Notes: generated by a model not told the origin, from the sequence alone. 64,000 bases of DNA from Gemmatimonas sp. (GCA_965279375.1 OZ257156.1:2272001-2336000), one strand, 5' to 3'. Positions 19,628-30,462 are shown, counted from the first letter of the stretch. Numbers and translations: made by a program.

Positions 19628-20738
19628 TCTGCTCGTGAGTGATCTGCTGCAGTCGCTCGCGCAGAGCGTACCGGCGGAGACCGCGAGCGCGCTCACGTGG
19701 ACGCTCCCCAACGCCGTCGCCGGCGTGATGGTGCTCTCGCTCAACGCGTACGTGCTGCTGGCCGGCGCGGATTTTGGTGGCGGTGTGTGGGACCTCTTCG
19801 CTCGAGGCAAGGACAAGGACGAACAGCGTGCGCTGATCGAAGAAGCCATCGGCCCGATCTGGGAAGCGAATCACGTCTGGCTCATCCTCGTCGTCGTACT
19901 GCTCTTCAGCTGTTTTCCCAAAGCGTTCGCGCATCTCGCCACCGAGTTGCACCTGCCCATCACGCTGATGCTCGTCGGCATCGTGCTGCGCGGTTCAGCG
20001 TTCACCTTTCGCACCTACGACAGCAAGGACGACTCGGTACAACGGCGCTGGGGGCGCATCTTCTCCGTGGCCAGCGTGGCGACGCCGATCGTACTCGGGC
20101 TCTGCCTCGGCGCCGTTGCCAGCGGTCGCGTGCCGTACGGAGCGGCACAGGGGGCGCGCTCGTTCGCCGAGCGCTTCGTCGCACCATGGTTGTCGTCGCC
20201 GTTTGCCTGGTCGGTGGGCGTCTTTGCGCTGGCGCTGTTCGCGTTTCTGGCGGCGACCTACCTGACCGTGGAAGCGCCAACGACTGCACTGCGCGAGATC
20301 TTCCGTCGCCGCGCGCTGCAGACGCAGGGGGCACTGCTTGCCGCCGCCTTCGTGACGATCGTCCTCGCGCGCCTCGATGCGCCGTTGGTCTTTCGCGGAC
20401 TCACCGCCGGAAGCGTTGCGCTGGGCATGCACGCGGTCACGGCCGTGACTGCAGTTACGGCGGTGTACGCGCTGTGGCATCGGAGCTATCAGGTGGCGCG
20501 CCTGGCCGCCATCGCACAGGCCAGCTTCATCCTGTGGGGATGGGCGTGGAGCCAGTTCCCGTGGCTATTGCCCCCCGACCAGACCATCACGGCGCTCGCG
20601 GCGCCGCGGGTGACGCTCAAGCTCACACTCGGCGCACTCGCGATCGGTACGGCCATTCTCCTGCCCAGCTTCCTCTACCTCTTTCGCATTTTCAAGTCGG
20701 GAAGCACCGCCTTCGAAGGGGTCAAGGAAACGCCGTAG
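19620..20738 (+). CDS. cydB: Cytochrome bd ubiquinol oxidase subunit II
   Basis: GADFGGG, GPIWEANHVWL and LRGSAFTFR; overlaps the cydA stop. Confidence 0.93.
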   Translation: MSDLLVSDLLQSLAQSVPAETASALTWTLPNAVAGVMVLSLNAYVLLAGADFGGGVWDLFARGKDKDEQRALIEEAIGPIWEANHVWLILVVVLLFSCFPKAFAHLATELHLPITLMLVGIVLRGSAFTFRTYDSKDDSVQRRWGRIFSVASVATPIVLGLCLGAVASGRVPYGAAQGARSFAERFVAPWLSSPFAWSVGVFALALFAFLAATYLTVEAPTTALREIFRRRALQTQGALLAAAFVTIVLARLDAPLVFRGLTAGSVALGMHAVTAVTAVTAVYALWHRSYQVARLAAIAQASFILWGWAWSQFPWLLPPDQTITALAAPRVTLKLTLGALAIGTAILLPSFLYLFRIFKSGSTAFEGVKETP

Positions 20739-20804
20739 CAGGAAACGCCTCCGATGCGAACGGTGCAGTTGGCACATCGCCTCGGTGCGCACCAGATTGG
20801 ACTG

Positions 20805-21500
20805 ATGCGCCCAGACCTGATCCGCGTTGTACTCGTTGACGATCACCAGATCGTTCGTGCAGGCCTCAAGGCCGTGCTTTCTACGGCGAAGGACATCACC
20901 GTCGTTGGCGAAGGGAGCAACGGCAAGGACGCACTCGCACTGGCGGAGCGTCTCGACCCGCACGTGATCGTGATGGATCTGTCGATGCCGGAGATGGACG
21001 GACTCTCCGCCACGCGCGAGTTGCACAAGCTGAACGCCACGCGCCCGCCACGTCCCGATGAGCCGACCACGCGACGTGTGCTCGTGCTCACCATGCACAC
21101 CGAGGACGAGCATCTGGTCGCGCTGCTGGAGGCCGGAGCAGGTGGCTACCTGCTCAAGTCGGTGGCCGATCGCGAGTTGGTGGATGCAGTGCGCACCGTG
21201 GCGGCGGGCGATGTGTACGTGCAGCCCACCGCGGCGCGTGCGCTGGCGCGTGGGCTGGCCCGGCGCGATGGCAACGCCGAGGAGCGTACGCGCTTCGAAA
21301 AGCTGACCGATCGCGAGCAGGTGGTGCTCAAGATGGTCGCCGAAGGCTATACGGCGCCCGAGATCGGCGAACAGTTGAGCATCAGCCCCAAGACGGTGGA
21401 TACGTACAAGCAACGCATCGGTGAGAAGCTGGGGCTCTCACATCGCACCGACTACGTGAAGTTCGCGCTGCGTCTGGGGCTGCTCAAGAACGAGAGCTGA
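20805..21500 (+). CDS. NarL/LuxR family response regulator
   Basis: LVDDH, MDLSMP, GYLLK; HTH LTDREQVVL...ISPKTVDTY. Confidence 0.93.
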   Translation: MRPDLIRVVLVDDHQIVRAGLKAVLSTAKDITVVGEGSNGKDALALAERLDPHVIVMDLSMPEMDGLSATRELHKLNATRPPRPDEPTTRRVLVLTMHTEDEHLVALLEAGAGGYLLKSVADRELVDAVRTVAAGDVYVQPTAARALARGLARRDGNAEERTRFEKLTDREQVVLKMVAEGYTAPEIGEQLSISPKTVDTYKQRIGEKLGLSHRTDYVKFALRLGLLKNES

Positions 21501-21525
21501 CGAACGCAATGGTCGGCGAGGCGGC

Positions 21526-23394
21526 TTAGCTCTCGCCGCGCCGTGTACTCGCCTTCGCCTGCTCGTCCCGGTTGAGGCTCCACGCCGGCAGTGGCGGAAT
21601 GGGTACATCCAACAGCGCGTCGCTGCTCGCGTAACCGGCGTCGGCGCGCGCCGTACCCGCCACACGCACGCGCAACGCATCGATGGCGTCGCCAGACTCA
21701 CCATCGAGCTCGGCACGCGCCGCCCGAAATCGCAGCCCGGATTGCAGACAGAACAAATCGGTCAGCGCGATCTCTCGCGCGCACGCATCGACGCCGCGCT
21801 CTTCGATGAGCCGCTGCGTACGCGCCACCGTGGCCGTGCGCGCGTACAGTTCCATCGCCATGTCCGCGAGACGTTCCACCACCAGCTGCCGGTGCACGAT
21901 CTCCTTGCGATGCTTGGTGACTGCGCGTGCCGTCGCCTGTGACAGCTCCACGACATGCCGCTCGATGTACGACGCGTTGTCACGCAGGCTGGCGTGCAAT
22001 GTGGTTTCGAACTTGTCGCGAGCACCCAGCGCCGTGCGCACGCGCTGCGCGGCGTAGCTCGACACCAGCACGAGGTTCTCCAGCTGCGATGGATTGCGCA
22101 GCGCCTCGGCCAGCTCCTGCAGCTCGGCGGCGGGACCCTGAATGCCGTTGAGCCCCACGAAGAGCCGCAGCACTTCGTTGGCTCCTTCGAAAATGCGATT
22201 GATGCGCGCCTCGCGCAGATAGCGCTCGTACGGCCATGGCTTCACGAATCCGCGCCCGCCGGCCAACTGCACCAGCTCGTCCGACGTACGCCACACCAGT
22301 TCACTCGCAAAAATCTTGCAGCAGGCGGCTTCCAGCGATGCATCCACCTCGTCGCCGTCGAGCGATGCCGCTAGAGAACCCACCATCGCATCGAGCGCAT
22401 ACGTCTCGGACGCGGTCGTGGCGAGCTTGCGCTGTGTGATCTCGAACGACGCGAGCGGTCCGCCAAACTGCGTGCGCGCTTCTGTGTATCGCGTCATTTC
22501 GCCTAACAGACGCTTGCAGGCCGAGGCGCAACCCGATGCAAGACTCAAGCGTCCCGCGTTGAGTGCATTCACCGCCACACGAAATCCCTTGCCCACCTCG
22601 CCAAGCACATGGTCGTCCGGCACGTACATCTCGTCGAACACCAACTCGGCCTGCGTGGAGCCGCGGATGCCCAGCTTGCGAATGGTGCCGTCCACGACGA
22701 ACCCCGGCATGTCCGGGCGCACGATGAAGGCGGTCGGGCGGTGCACCGTCTTGCCATCTCGCTGCACCGGCGTCTGCGCGAACGTGACCACGACCCCCGC
22801 GCGATGCCCGTTGCCGATCCAGTGCTTGCGCCCGTTCAGGATCCAGCCGCGATCGTCCGGGGCACGGCGCGCCGTCGACACGATGTTCTGTGCATCAGAT
22901 CCCGTTTCCGGCTCCGTCAGCGCATACGCTGCCAGCGTGTCACCACGCGCGAGCATCGGGAGATAGCGCGCCTTCTGTTGATCGTTGCCGAACAGCACGA
23001 CTGCCTTGCCCCCCAAGCCGCAGTGCACGCCGATCAGCACGGCCAGCGACGGATCGATGGCAGCCACGGCACCGAAGACTCTCGCGTATGCAGAGTTGCT
23101 CAGTCCGAGTCCGCCGTACGCCTTGGGGATCGTCAACGCGAGCAGCCCCTTCTCGGCGAACGCCTTGATCACCGCTTCATCGAGGCCCTCCTGCTCGTCG
23201 ATGCGCACCGAGTCGATCAGCCCCGAACTCACCATCGCGTTCAGTGCGCTGGCGATGCGCCGCACCTCGGCCGCTTCCGCCGGGTTACGCTCCTCGAGCG
23301 ACGCGGGATACGGAAACATCAACTCGTCAGCGATATCGCCGGCAAAGAGTCCGCGAAGGAAGGACGGCTTCTCAGTACTCACAACAGACTCCAA
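21526..23394 (-). CDS. Acyl-CoA dehydrogenase (ACAD9/VLCAD-like, extended C-terminus)
   Basis: ALTEPETGSDA, LNGRKHWI, KLGIRGS and RIFEGANE; start approximate. Confidence 0.9.
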   Translation of the reverse strand: MESVVSTEKPSFLRGLFAGDIADELMFPYPASLEERNPAEAAEVRRIASALNAMVSSGLIDSVRIDEQEGLDEAVIKAFAEKGLLALTIPKAYGGLGLSNSAYARVFGAVAAIDPSLAVLIGVHCGLGGKAVVLFGNDQQKARYLPMLARGDTLAAYALTEPETGSDAQNIVSTARRAPDDRGWILNGRKHWIGNGHRAGVVVTFAQTPVQRDGKTVHRPTAFIVRPDMPGFVVDGTIRKLGIRGSTQAELVFDEMYVPDDHVLGEVGKGFRVAVNALNAGRLSLASGCASACKRLLGEMTRYTEARTQFGGPLASFEITQRKLATTASETYALDAMVGSLAASLDGDEVDASLEAACCKIFASELVWRTSDELVQLAGGRGFVKPWPYERYLREARINRIFEGANEVLRLFVGLNGIQGPAAELQELAEALRNPSQLENLVLVSSYAAQRVRTALGARDKFETTLHASLRDNASYIERHVVELSQATARAVTKHRKEIVHRQLVVERLADMAMELYARTATVARTQRLIEERGVDACAREIALTDLFCLQSGLRFRAARAELDGESGDAIDALRVRVAGTARADAGYASSDALLDVPIPPLPAWSLNRDEQAKASTRRGES

Positions 23395-23504
23395 CGGCAG
23401 GTGAGAGACGCGAACGGGGCGATCTCGTCTGAGACCGCCCCGCTCGGAAAGCTATCCGCATCGCCTGCCAGACGGCGGGGCGTGCGACGTACTGCGAGAA
23501 ACGG

Positions 23505-25208
23505 TTAGGGGATGACCGTCACGGTCACGACAACCGGTCGCCCTTCATTCTGATTGTTGGCGTTGAGCGCCTGCAGCGTCAGCGTGGACGTACCCAGCGC
23601 AAGCCCAAGCACGTTCACCTGATTGCCGGTGGTCGTCGGGCCCGTTGCGGAAATCACGCCGGGCGCGCTGTTGGTGATGGCTACGGTCCGATTGCGCAGC
23701 GTGTTGCCATTCGCGTCGAGCACGGTGAAGGAGAACGCCGTCTGGTTGATGGTACCAGTCTTCAAGGTGATCGCCGCGGAGGGCGTCGTGATCTGATCGA
23801 CCGGGATCTGCTGAATCACGATGGAGCTCTGCGCCGCGCGATTCTCAGTCGTGGCCGTGATCAGCACCGTACCCGGTGCCGTCGCCGTCACCAATCCCGA
23901 GGTCGACACCGTGGCGCGCGACGGATCGCTCGTCAGCCATTCGATCGTGCGGTCGGTGACAATCGTTCCGGCGGAGTCCGTGACCGTTGCGTTGATCTGG
24001 ACGGTCTTGCCTTCAATGATTGCCGCTTGAAGCGGTGTCACCGTGATCGAGCCGACCGGAATCTTGGTCACCGGGAAGCTGACGGTGTCCGAGACGCCTT
24101 CGGACGTGGCCACCACCCGCGCAGTGCCCAGTGCAATGCCGGTCACGATGCCCGCCTGCGACACCGAGGCGATGGTCGGCGTGCTGCTCGACCAGGTGAC
24201 GATGCGTCCGGCGGGTACCTGCGTGTTGGTGCTGTCCAGCAGGGCCACCGACAGGCCGCGCGGAATGCCGATGCGTAGCGAGCCAGTACGTTGCTGAATG
24301 ACGACCTGCACGATGCGCGGGTCCACCACTTCGACGGTGGCCGAGCAGGTGATGGCGGGATACTCCACCGACGCCAGCGTGATCTTTGCGGTGCCAGCGC
24401 GACGCGTCGACACGAAGCCCGTGCCCGAAACCGTCGCCACGTTTTCGTTGTCGCTAGTCCACACGACCGGGCGGCCGAGGTTGGTCAGCACCGCGTTGGC
24501 CGTATCACGCAGCGTCAGCGTCGGCTGCACGTTCTGACCGGCGGTGACCCTGAAGGTCGACGGCGCCAATGAGCAGCTGCCGATCGGCAACTCGGTGACG
24601 ATCAACTGCGCGCTGGCGAAGATGTTGTTGGCGTCCGCCGTGATGGAGACCTGACCCGCGGCGATCGCGGTGACGAGGCCCGTCGAGGTCACCGACGCAA
24701 TCGACGAGTTGCTGGACGTCCAGCGAATGGTCTGACCCGTGATCGGCTGTTGCTGCGCGTTGAGCGGAATGGCGCTGAACTGCCGCAGGTTGCCGCGACG
24801 CAGCGTGGCGGTCGGCGGGTTCACGGACACCGAGGCGGCGAACTCCGGCGTGACCGTTACCGGCACCGTGGCCGACTTTCCGTCCGCCACCGCAGACACC
24901 GTCGTGTTTCCAACGCCGACGGCGATGATCTGTCCGCTGATCGTCACCGTCGCCACCGCAGGGTTCGCCGTGGCAAAAGTGATGGTCTTCTTGGCAATCG
25001 AGTTGCCCTTACAGTCGAAGGCGGTCGCCGAAATGTTGATCGCCTGATTCATCGAAATCGTCACCGTCGACGGCGCGATCGTGACCGTACAGGCCGTGAT
25101 ATTCGGATTCAGGTCCAGACAGCTCGCTGCCCCGGTCAGGGTGAGCAGCGCAGCAACGACGCGAGTGCGGCGCTGGATGATCGAGGCGATTGGGGCAAAG
25201 ACCCGCAT
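23505..25208 (-). CDS. Lipoprotein with tandem bacterial Ig-like (Big_2) domains
   Basis: Lipobox GAASC; repeats WTSSNSSIASV, WTSDNENVATV, WSSSTPTIASV and WLTSDPSRATV. Confidence 0.85.
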   Translation of the reverse strand: MRVFAPIASIIQRRTRVVAALLTLTGAASCLDLNPNITACTVTIAPSTVTISMNQAINISATAFDCKGNSIAKKTITFATANPAVATVTISGQIIAVGVGNTTVSAVADGKSATVPVTVTPEFAASVSVNPPTATLRRGNLRQFSAIPLNAQQQPITGQTIRWTSSNSSIASVTSTGLVTAIAAGQVSITADANNIFASAQLIVTELPIGSCSLAPSTFRVTAGQNVQPTLTLRDTANAVLTNLGRPVVWTSDNENVATVSGTGFVSTRRAGTAKITLASVEYPAITCSATVEVVDPRIVQVVIQQRTGSLRIGIPRGLSVALLDSTNTQVPAGRIVTWSSSTPTIASVSQAGIVTGIALGTARVVATSEGVSDTVSFPVTKIPVGSITVTPLQAAIIEGKTVQINATVTDSAGTIVTDRTIEWLTSDPSRATVSTSGLVTATAPGTVLITATTENRAAQSSIVIQQIPVDQITTPSAAITLKTGTINQTAFSFTVLDANGNTLRNRTVAITNSAPGVISATGPTTTGNQVNVLGLALGTSTLTLQALNANNQNEGRPVVVTVTVIP

Positions 25209-25417
25209 GCAGGTCGGTCCTGTCGGAGATGAGAAGAGGGTAGCGCCACCACGGACGCACAACCAGAGACGCATGGTACGGTATAGCCGTAACCGTCACG
25301 CCACGGGAACGGCACAAGACAAGCTGACTAGCCAGTGGCAGCCGAGCAACCCAAACGGGCCGACGAGCCGTACCCCGTGGACTGAGGAGGGTTCATCCCG
25401 CCAAGTTACGGCATCCT

Positions 25418-27049
25418 GTGAGCGACTCCCGACTGACCCAGCCCCCCGCCGAACTCGGCGTTACCACCTCCGACGCGGGCGGCCCGTCCGGCCGATCGTG
25501 GCTCTTCGTGGCCCTCTGGATTGCCGGCGCGTTCGCCCTGCGCACCGCGCTTTCCGCCGCGGTCCCGCTCCTCCCGGACGAGACCTACTACTGGGAATGG
25601 ACGCGCCGCCTCGAGTCGGGCTATTTCGATCATCCGCCCGGTATCGTCCTGCTGATCACGCTCGGCGTCAGCCTCTTCGATAACACCAAGTTCGGCGTAC
25701 GCGCCGGGCCGGCCATCGCGGCGCTGGTCACACATGCGGCTGCCGTAGCGGCGGCGTGGCTGCTAGCCGGGCGCGGCCGAACCGGCGCCGCTGCGGCGGT
25801 GCGCGCGGCTGCGCTGATGACGCTGCTCCCGATCGCCACACTCGGACTCGTGCTTGCCACGCCGGATGCGGCGCTTTTCGCGACCTCTATGATGGCTCTG
25901 CTCGGCGTCGAGCGTGCGTTGGCGTCGCGCGTGCGCTCGTGGGCGTCGCTCGGCTGGTGGCTGCTCGCGGGCATCGGGCTCGGCAGCGCGCTGTTGGCCA
26001 AGTACACCGCCATCCTGCTGCCCATGGCGCTGGTGATCGCCTGCCTGCTGCATCCGGCGCTGCGGAAGCGGTTTCTCGAGCCCGGTCCGTGGCTCGCGTC
26101 GGCGATCGCGCTCCTCCTCTTCACCCCGGTGGTGCTCTGGAACGCGCTCTCCGACTGGGTCTCGTTTCGCTTTCAGCTTGGACACGGCTTCGGCGCCAGC
26201 CCGCGCGGCAACCCGCTCTCACGCGAATTGGAGCTCGTCGGCGGACAGGTGGGGCTCGCCTCGCCGATTCTGTTCGGCCTCCTCGCCGTGGCCGTCTACC
26301 TCGCGTTGCGCGATGGCTGGCGCGCGCGCGCCGCGTCGGCGCCCACCGATGTCGCCGTGCGCCGGTTTGCGCTGGCGGTGATTTCGGTGGTGCCGCTCGG
26401 CTTCTTTGCGATCAGTGCCTGGCGACGCTCGGTAGAAGCAAACTGGCCCGCGCTCATCTATCCGGGGGCGGTGCTGTTGCTGGCCACCACAACGAGCCTC
26501 TGGGCGCGCGCACGCGCGTGGCGTGCGGGACTCGCTCTGGCGTGCTTTCTCCTGCTGGTGGTGGCGGCGCAGGCATGGCGTCCGATTCTGCCGCTCAAGC
26601 CGCGCAAGGATCCCATCGCACGCGCGCACGGGTGGGAGACACTCGCCGCCGCAGTCGATAGCGCTCGCAAGGATCCGTTTCTCGAGGGATCGGTGGATCG
26701 GTGGGTCGCCGCAGACCGCTATCAGGATGCGTCTGAACTGGCGTTTCATCTGGTCGATCAACCGACGGTGTTCGCGCTCAACCTTGGCGGCCGCCCGAAT
26801 CAGTACGACATCTGGCCGACCGCGTACGAGGAAGTGCGCCCCGGCGACGGGCTCGTGGTCGCGTTCGATACCGGCACCCACGGCGACAGCCTCGCCGCCG
26901 TGGTGGGCAGCTGGTTCGCCGAATCGCGACGCGGCTCCGTTGTCTCGCTCAAGCGTGGCGACGGCGAAGTGACGCAGCGACAGCTGTGGCTGTATCGCAC
27001 GGCGCGCAATGTGCCACCCAACCCTCGCAACCTCTCCAAGCTGCCATGA
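25418..27049 (+). CDS. Glycosyltransferase family 39 (ArnT/PMT-like) membrane protein
   Basis: PDETYYWEW, GYFDHPP, TPDA, LAKYT and ANWP; many TM segments. Confidence 0.88.
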   Translation: MSDSRLTQPPAELGVTTSDAGGPSGRSWLFVALWIAGAFALRTALSAAVPLLPDETYYWEWTRRLESGYFDHPPGIVLLITLGVSLFDNTKFGVRAGPAIAALVTHAAAVAAAWLLAGRGRTGAAAAVRAAALMTLLPIATLGLVLATPDAALFATSMMALLGVERALASRVRSWASLGWWLLAGIGLGSALLAKYTAILLPMALVIACLLHPALRKRFLEPGPWLASAIALLLFTPVVLWNALSDWVSFRFQLGHGFGASPRGNPLSRELELVGGQVGLASPILFGLLAVAVYLALRDGWRARAASAPTDVAVRRFALAVISVVPLGFFAISAWRRSVEANWPALIYPGAVLLLATTTSLWARARAWRAGLALACFLLLVVAAQAWRPILPLKPRKDPIARAHGWETLAAAVDSARKDPFLEGSVDRWVAADRYQDASELAFHLVDQPTVFALNLGGRPNQYDIWPTAYEEVRPGDGLVVAFDTGTHGDSLAAVVGSWFAESRRGSVVSLKRGDGEVTQRQLWLYRTARNVPPNPRNLSKLP

Positions 27050-27423
27050 TCTGGGCGATCGCCCTGGGTGGAGCGGCGGGCACCGTCTCGCGCTACTTGC
27101 TCTCGCTGGGCATGCAGCGCGCAAACGCCGAGTTCCCGATGTCCACGTTGCTCATCAACGTGGTGGGCTCGTTCCTTATCGGGATGCTTTCACGCACGCT
27201 CACGCTGCCGGGGGACAGCCCGGTGCTACGCGCTGCGCTCACGATCGGATTTTGCGGTGGCTTCACGACCTTTTCCACGTTCAGCGCCGAGTTCGTGTCG
27301 ATGGTGCAGCAGGGCCGTGCGCTGCGCGCCGTGCTGTACGTCGTGCTTAGTGTCTCGCTCGGCGTGATTGCCACGGTGCTGGGCATGGCCGTTGGTGCTC
27401 GCATCGCTGCGTCTCGCGGTTAG
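27046..27423 (+). CDS. crcB: Fluoride efflux channel FluC/CrcB
   Basis: GGAAGTVSRY, TLLINVVGSF and GFCGGFTTFSTF. Confidence 0.95.
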   Translation: MIWAIALGGAAGTVSRYLLSLGMQRANAEFPMSTLLINVVGSFLIGMLSRTLTLPGDSPVLRAALTIGFCGGFTTFSTFSAEFVSMVQQGRALRAVLYVVLSVSLGVIATVLGMAVGARIAASRG

Positions 27424-27456
27424 GCAACTCTCGTCATCCTTCGACACCTCCCGGTC

Positions 27457-28842
27457 ATGCCTGTGATTCCTGCCGATCTCGCCACGTGGTGCGACGCCAA
27501 CGACGCGCGCGCTCAGGACGAACTCTTCGCGTTTCTGCGTATTCCATCCGTAAGCGCGCGCTCCGAGCATAAGGCGGACTGTCTCGCTGCGGCGGAGTTC
27601 GTGTCGCAGTCGCTCTCACGTATCGGCTTCACAACGGAAATCGTGCCCACGCCTGGGCATCCCATCGTGCTTGGCGAGTGGCGCGGTGCGGGAGCCAGCG
27701 CGCCAACGTTGCTCATCTACGGCCACTACGACGTGCAGCCCGCCGAGCCGTTGGAGCTGTGGACCTCGCCAGCATTCGAGCCCACCGTGCGCGATGGTCG
27801 CATCTATGCACGCGGTTCTGTGGACGACAAGGGACAGCTCTATCTGCACATCAAGGCGCTCGAGGCGCATCTGGCGGTGCGCGGAACGCTGCCGGTGAAC
27901 GTGATTGTGTTGGCTGAAGGCGAGGAGGAAGTCGGCAGCGAGAACCTCGAGGCGTTTCTCGAGCGCGAGAAGACCCGCCTCGCCTGCGATGCGGTCGTCA
28001 TTTCCGATTCCACCATGTTCGCACCCGGTATTCCCAGTATTCTCTCCAGCTTGCGCGGCATGGCGTATCTGCAAATCGATGTGCAGGGAGCCAGCGGTGA
28101 TCTGCACTCGGGCATGTATGGCGGGGCCGTCGTGAATCCGGCGATGGCCTTGGCGCGCATTCTCGCCACGTTCCACGACGCCGACGGCAAGGTCGCCATC
28201 CCCGGCTTCTACGACGCCGTGCTGCCGTTCCCCGATGCCGTTCGTGCGCAGATGCGCGAGCTGCCCTTCAGCGACGACACGCTGATGCACGAAGTGGGAG
28301 TGACGGCGTTGGGTGGTGAGCCCGGCTACACCACGCTCGAACGACTGTGGACACGTCCGACCTGCGAAGTGAACGGCATGCTGAGTGGCTACACGGGCGA
28401 AGGCGCCAAGACGGTGCTCCCCGCCATCTCGATGGCCAAGGTCAGCTTCCGTCTCGTGCGTGATCAGGATCCGGAGGAGATCGCGCGGCTCGTGCAGGCG
28501 CATGTCGCGCGCGTCACGCCGGCGGGTGTCACGGCGACGGTGACGGCACTGCACGGCGGCAAGCCGTGGCGCGCCGATCTCAAGGGCCCGATCATCGAGG
28601 CCGGAAAGCGTGCGTTAGCGGCAGCGTTTGGCCGCGAGCCGGTCATCACCGGCGAAGGCGGTTCCATTCCCGTCGTCGGCGACTTCGAGCGTATCCTCGG
28701 CGCACCGGTGTTGCTGATGGGCTTCGGCTTGCCGGGCGAGAACGCACACGCGCCCAACGAGTGGATCAGCGCCGAGAACTATCGGCTGGGCATGCGCGCT
28801 GCCGCGACTCTCTTGGACGAGTACGCGGCAGCGGCACGTTAG
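27457..28842 (+). CDS. M20 family dipeptidase
   Basis: YGHYDVQP, RGSVDDKGQ, EGEEEVGS, DLHSG and HAPNE. Confidence 0.93.
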   Translation: MPVIPADLATWCDANDARAQDELFAFLRIPSVSARSEHKADCLAAAEFVSQSLSRIGFTTEIVPTPGHPIVLGEWRGAGASAPTLLIYGHYDVQPAEPLELWTSPAFEPTVRDGRIYARGSVDDKGQLYLHIKALEAHLAVRGTLPVNVIVLAEGEEEVGSENLEAFLEREKTRLACDAVVISDSTMFAPGIPSILSSLRGMAYLQIDVQGASGDLHSGMYGGAVVNPAMALARILATFHDADGKVAIPGFYDAVLPFPDAVRAQMRELPFSDDTLMHEVGVTALGGEPGYTTLERLWTRPTCEVNGMLSGYTGEGAKTVLPAISMAKVSFRLVRDQDPEEIARLVQAHVARVTPAGVTATVTALHGGKPWRADLKGPIIEAGKRALAAAFGREPVITGEGGSIPVVGDFERILGAPVLLMGFGLPGENAHAPNEWISAENYRLGMRAAATLLDEYAAAAR

Positions 28843-28874
28843 CGCATTCTACAGCAGTTCATTGCGTCGACGTC

Positions 28875-29306
28875 TTACTTGACGTCGACGACCTTCACAC
28901 CGGCGGTGCTCGCACCGCCGCTCACGTAGCCGATGGCGCCGGGATTCGCCTTCACGAAGGCGATCACGTCGTCATCGCTCGACTTGCTGGCGGGCGGCAC
29001 TTCCTTGCCCGAGAAAATCTGTTGCTGCCAGTACGTCTCCACGGCGGCAACCGGACGGCCAACCACCGTCTTGCTGAACGCGGCACGTACCGGGCTCGCC
29101 TTGCCCTGATCGACCGGCGTCGCCGCCGTGCCGTTGGGGAACTTGGCGGCTTCCTTGAGGAAGATCTTGCTGGCCACGGCCGCCGGCAGTTCCGACGTGC
29201 TGTTGGCGCTGTTCACGATGACCTTGAAGTCCTGCGCGGCCGCCGGAGCGGCCCACAGGGTGAGCGCGGCAACCGCGCTCACGATCGATGTGCGAAGAGA
29301 GTTCAT
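28875..29306 (-). CDS. Small exported PBP-like protein (distant PstS-like, 143 aa)
   Basis: Signal peptide ending AAAQ; VIVN, YWQQQIFSG and VKANPGAIGYV; AGGAGG RBS. Confidence 0.75.
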   Translation of the reverse strand: MNSLRTSIVSAVAALTLWAAPAAAQDFKVIVNSANSTSELPAAVASKIFLKEAAKFPNGTAATPVDQGKASPVRAAFSKTVVGRPVAAVETYWQQQIFSGKEVPPASKSSDDDVIAFVKANPGAIGYVSGGASTAGVKVVDVK

Positions 29307-29319
29307 GAGTCAGTCCTCC

Positions 29320-30462
29320 TTAGAAGCTGAAAGCAACTGAGAGGAGACCGTAGACGACCTTCGTCTTTGGCGCGAGCGTCGCCACCAGCGGCGGACGCGT
29401 GGGCGCGATGATGGACGCAACGGGCGTGTCAAACGCGTAGCCCTGCACCTGGTGCGCTTCGAACTTGAACGCGACGCCAGCAGAGGCCTTGTACGTGACG
29501 CCACCGAACAGATCCTCGTTCATCGGCAGGTGCAGATTCGGAATCGGCGCCGGCTTGAAGGAGATGTCGTTGTAGCCATTGTCGTACTCGGCGGCAATCG
29601 TCCAGTGGTCGTCCGGCGTGATGCCCGCCTGCAGGTAGTACGCATTGAGCTTGAGGTAGCTCGGCGCCTTGTTCGAGAACGTGGCGAACTCGCCGCGCGC
29701 GAACGCCTTGCTGAACACGGCATCGGCTGAGTACATCGCCGTGAGCGTGCGGTTCGGGCGGGTCGCTTCCGGCAGCGTCGCATACGGCGTCTGCTGGTAG
29801 CTCTGCACGAACGTACCAAGCTTCACGCCCTTGATCGGCGTCTTGAGCCACAGCTGCGTTCCGACGGAATGCTCGTTGCGGATCTTGCCGACTGCCGTGC
29901 CCGTTGCCGTCGGCACCTGATAGCGCAGATCGTAACCGCCACCGAACAGATAGCTGTCGATCTTCCAGCCCGAGCCGAGATCGAAAGCCTTGCCGACGAC
30001 GACGCCGTCGATGTACTCGAGCGTCTCACCATACACGTTGTTGCCGACGCGGTAGAACGGCAGCAGCGTGCCGATGAAGCGGACTTCGTTGAACAAGCCG
30101 CGCGGAAGCGGATTGCGACCAGCCTTGACCGTGTAGCCGTTGTCGAACTTGTGCTCGTAGAACGCCCAGATCGGCTCGATCACCGGCTGTACCGTCTTGA
30201 GCGGGCTGTTGCCGTTGTTGCGGTGGAGCAGCTGCATCACCACACGACTCTTGTCGTCGAGCTTGTAGCCGAACTGCAACGTGAGCGCACGGTAGTCCGA
30301 CGTTCCGTCCTTCGTCATGCCGAAGTAGGGCACGCCATCCGTCTTGCCGTAGCCGATGTTGGCCGCACCGTGGATGGTGAGCTTGTCGTCCTGGGCGGAC
30401 AGGGTCAGCGGGGTGAGCGCCATCGCGAGAACAACGGCGCCCTTCAGCAAATTACGAGTCAT
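29320..30462 (-). CDS. Putative outer-membrane porin
   Basis: Signal peptide ending LSAQ; amphipathic beta strands; C-terminal SVAFSF with terminal Phe (BAM signal). Confidence 0.75.
   Translation of the reverse strand: MTRNLLKGAVVLAMALTPLTLSAQDDKLTIHGAANIGYGKTDGVPYFGMTKDGTSDYRALTLQFGYKLDDKSRVVMQLLHRNNGNSPLKTVQPVIEPIWAFYEHKFDNGYTVKAGRNPLPRGLFNEVRFIGTLLPFYRVGNNVYGETLEYIDGVVVGKAFDLGSGWKIDSYLFGGGYDLRYQVPTATGTAVGKIRNEHSVGTQLWLKTPIKGVKLGTFVQSYQQTPYATLPEATRPNRTLTAMYSADAVFSKAFARGEFATFSNKAPSYLKLNAYYLQAGITPDDHWTIAAEYDNGYNDISFKPAPIPNLHLPMNEDLFGGVTYKASAGVAFKFEAHQVQGYAFDTPVASIIAPTRPPLVATLAPKTKVVYGLLSVAFSF

Noticed and set aside
25209..27046. Fluoride riboswitch upstream of crcB
   Set aside because: crcB overlaps the upstream CDS, and no GGCGATGG-type aptamer core was recognised in the operon leader.
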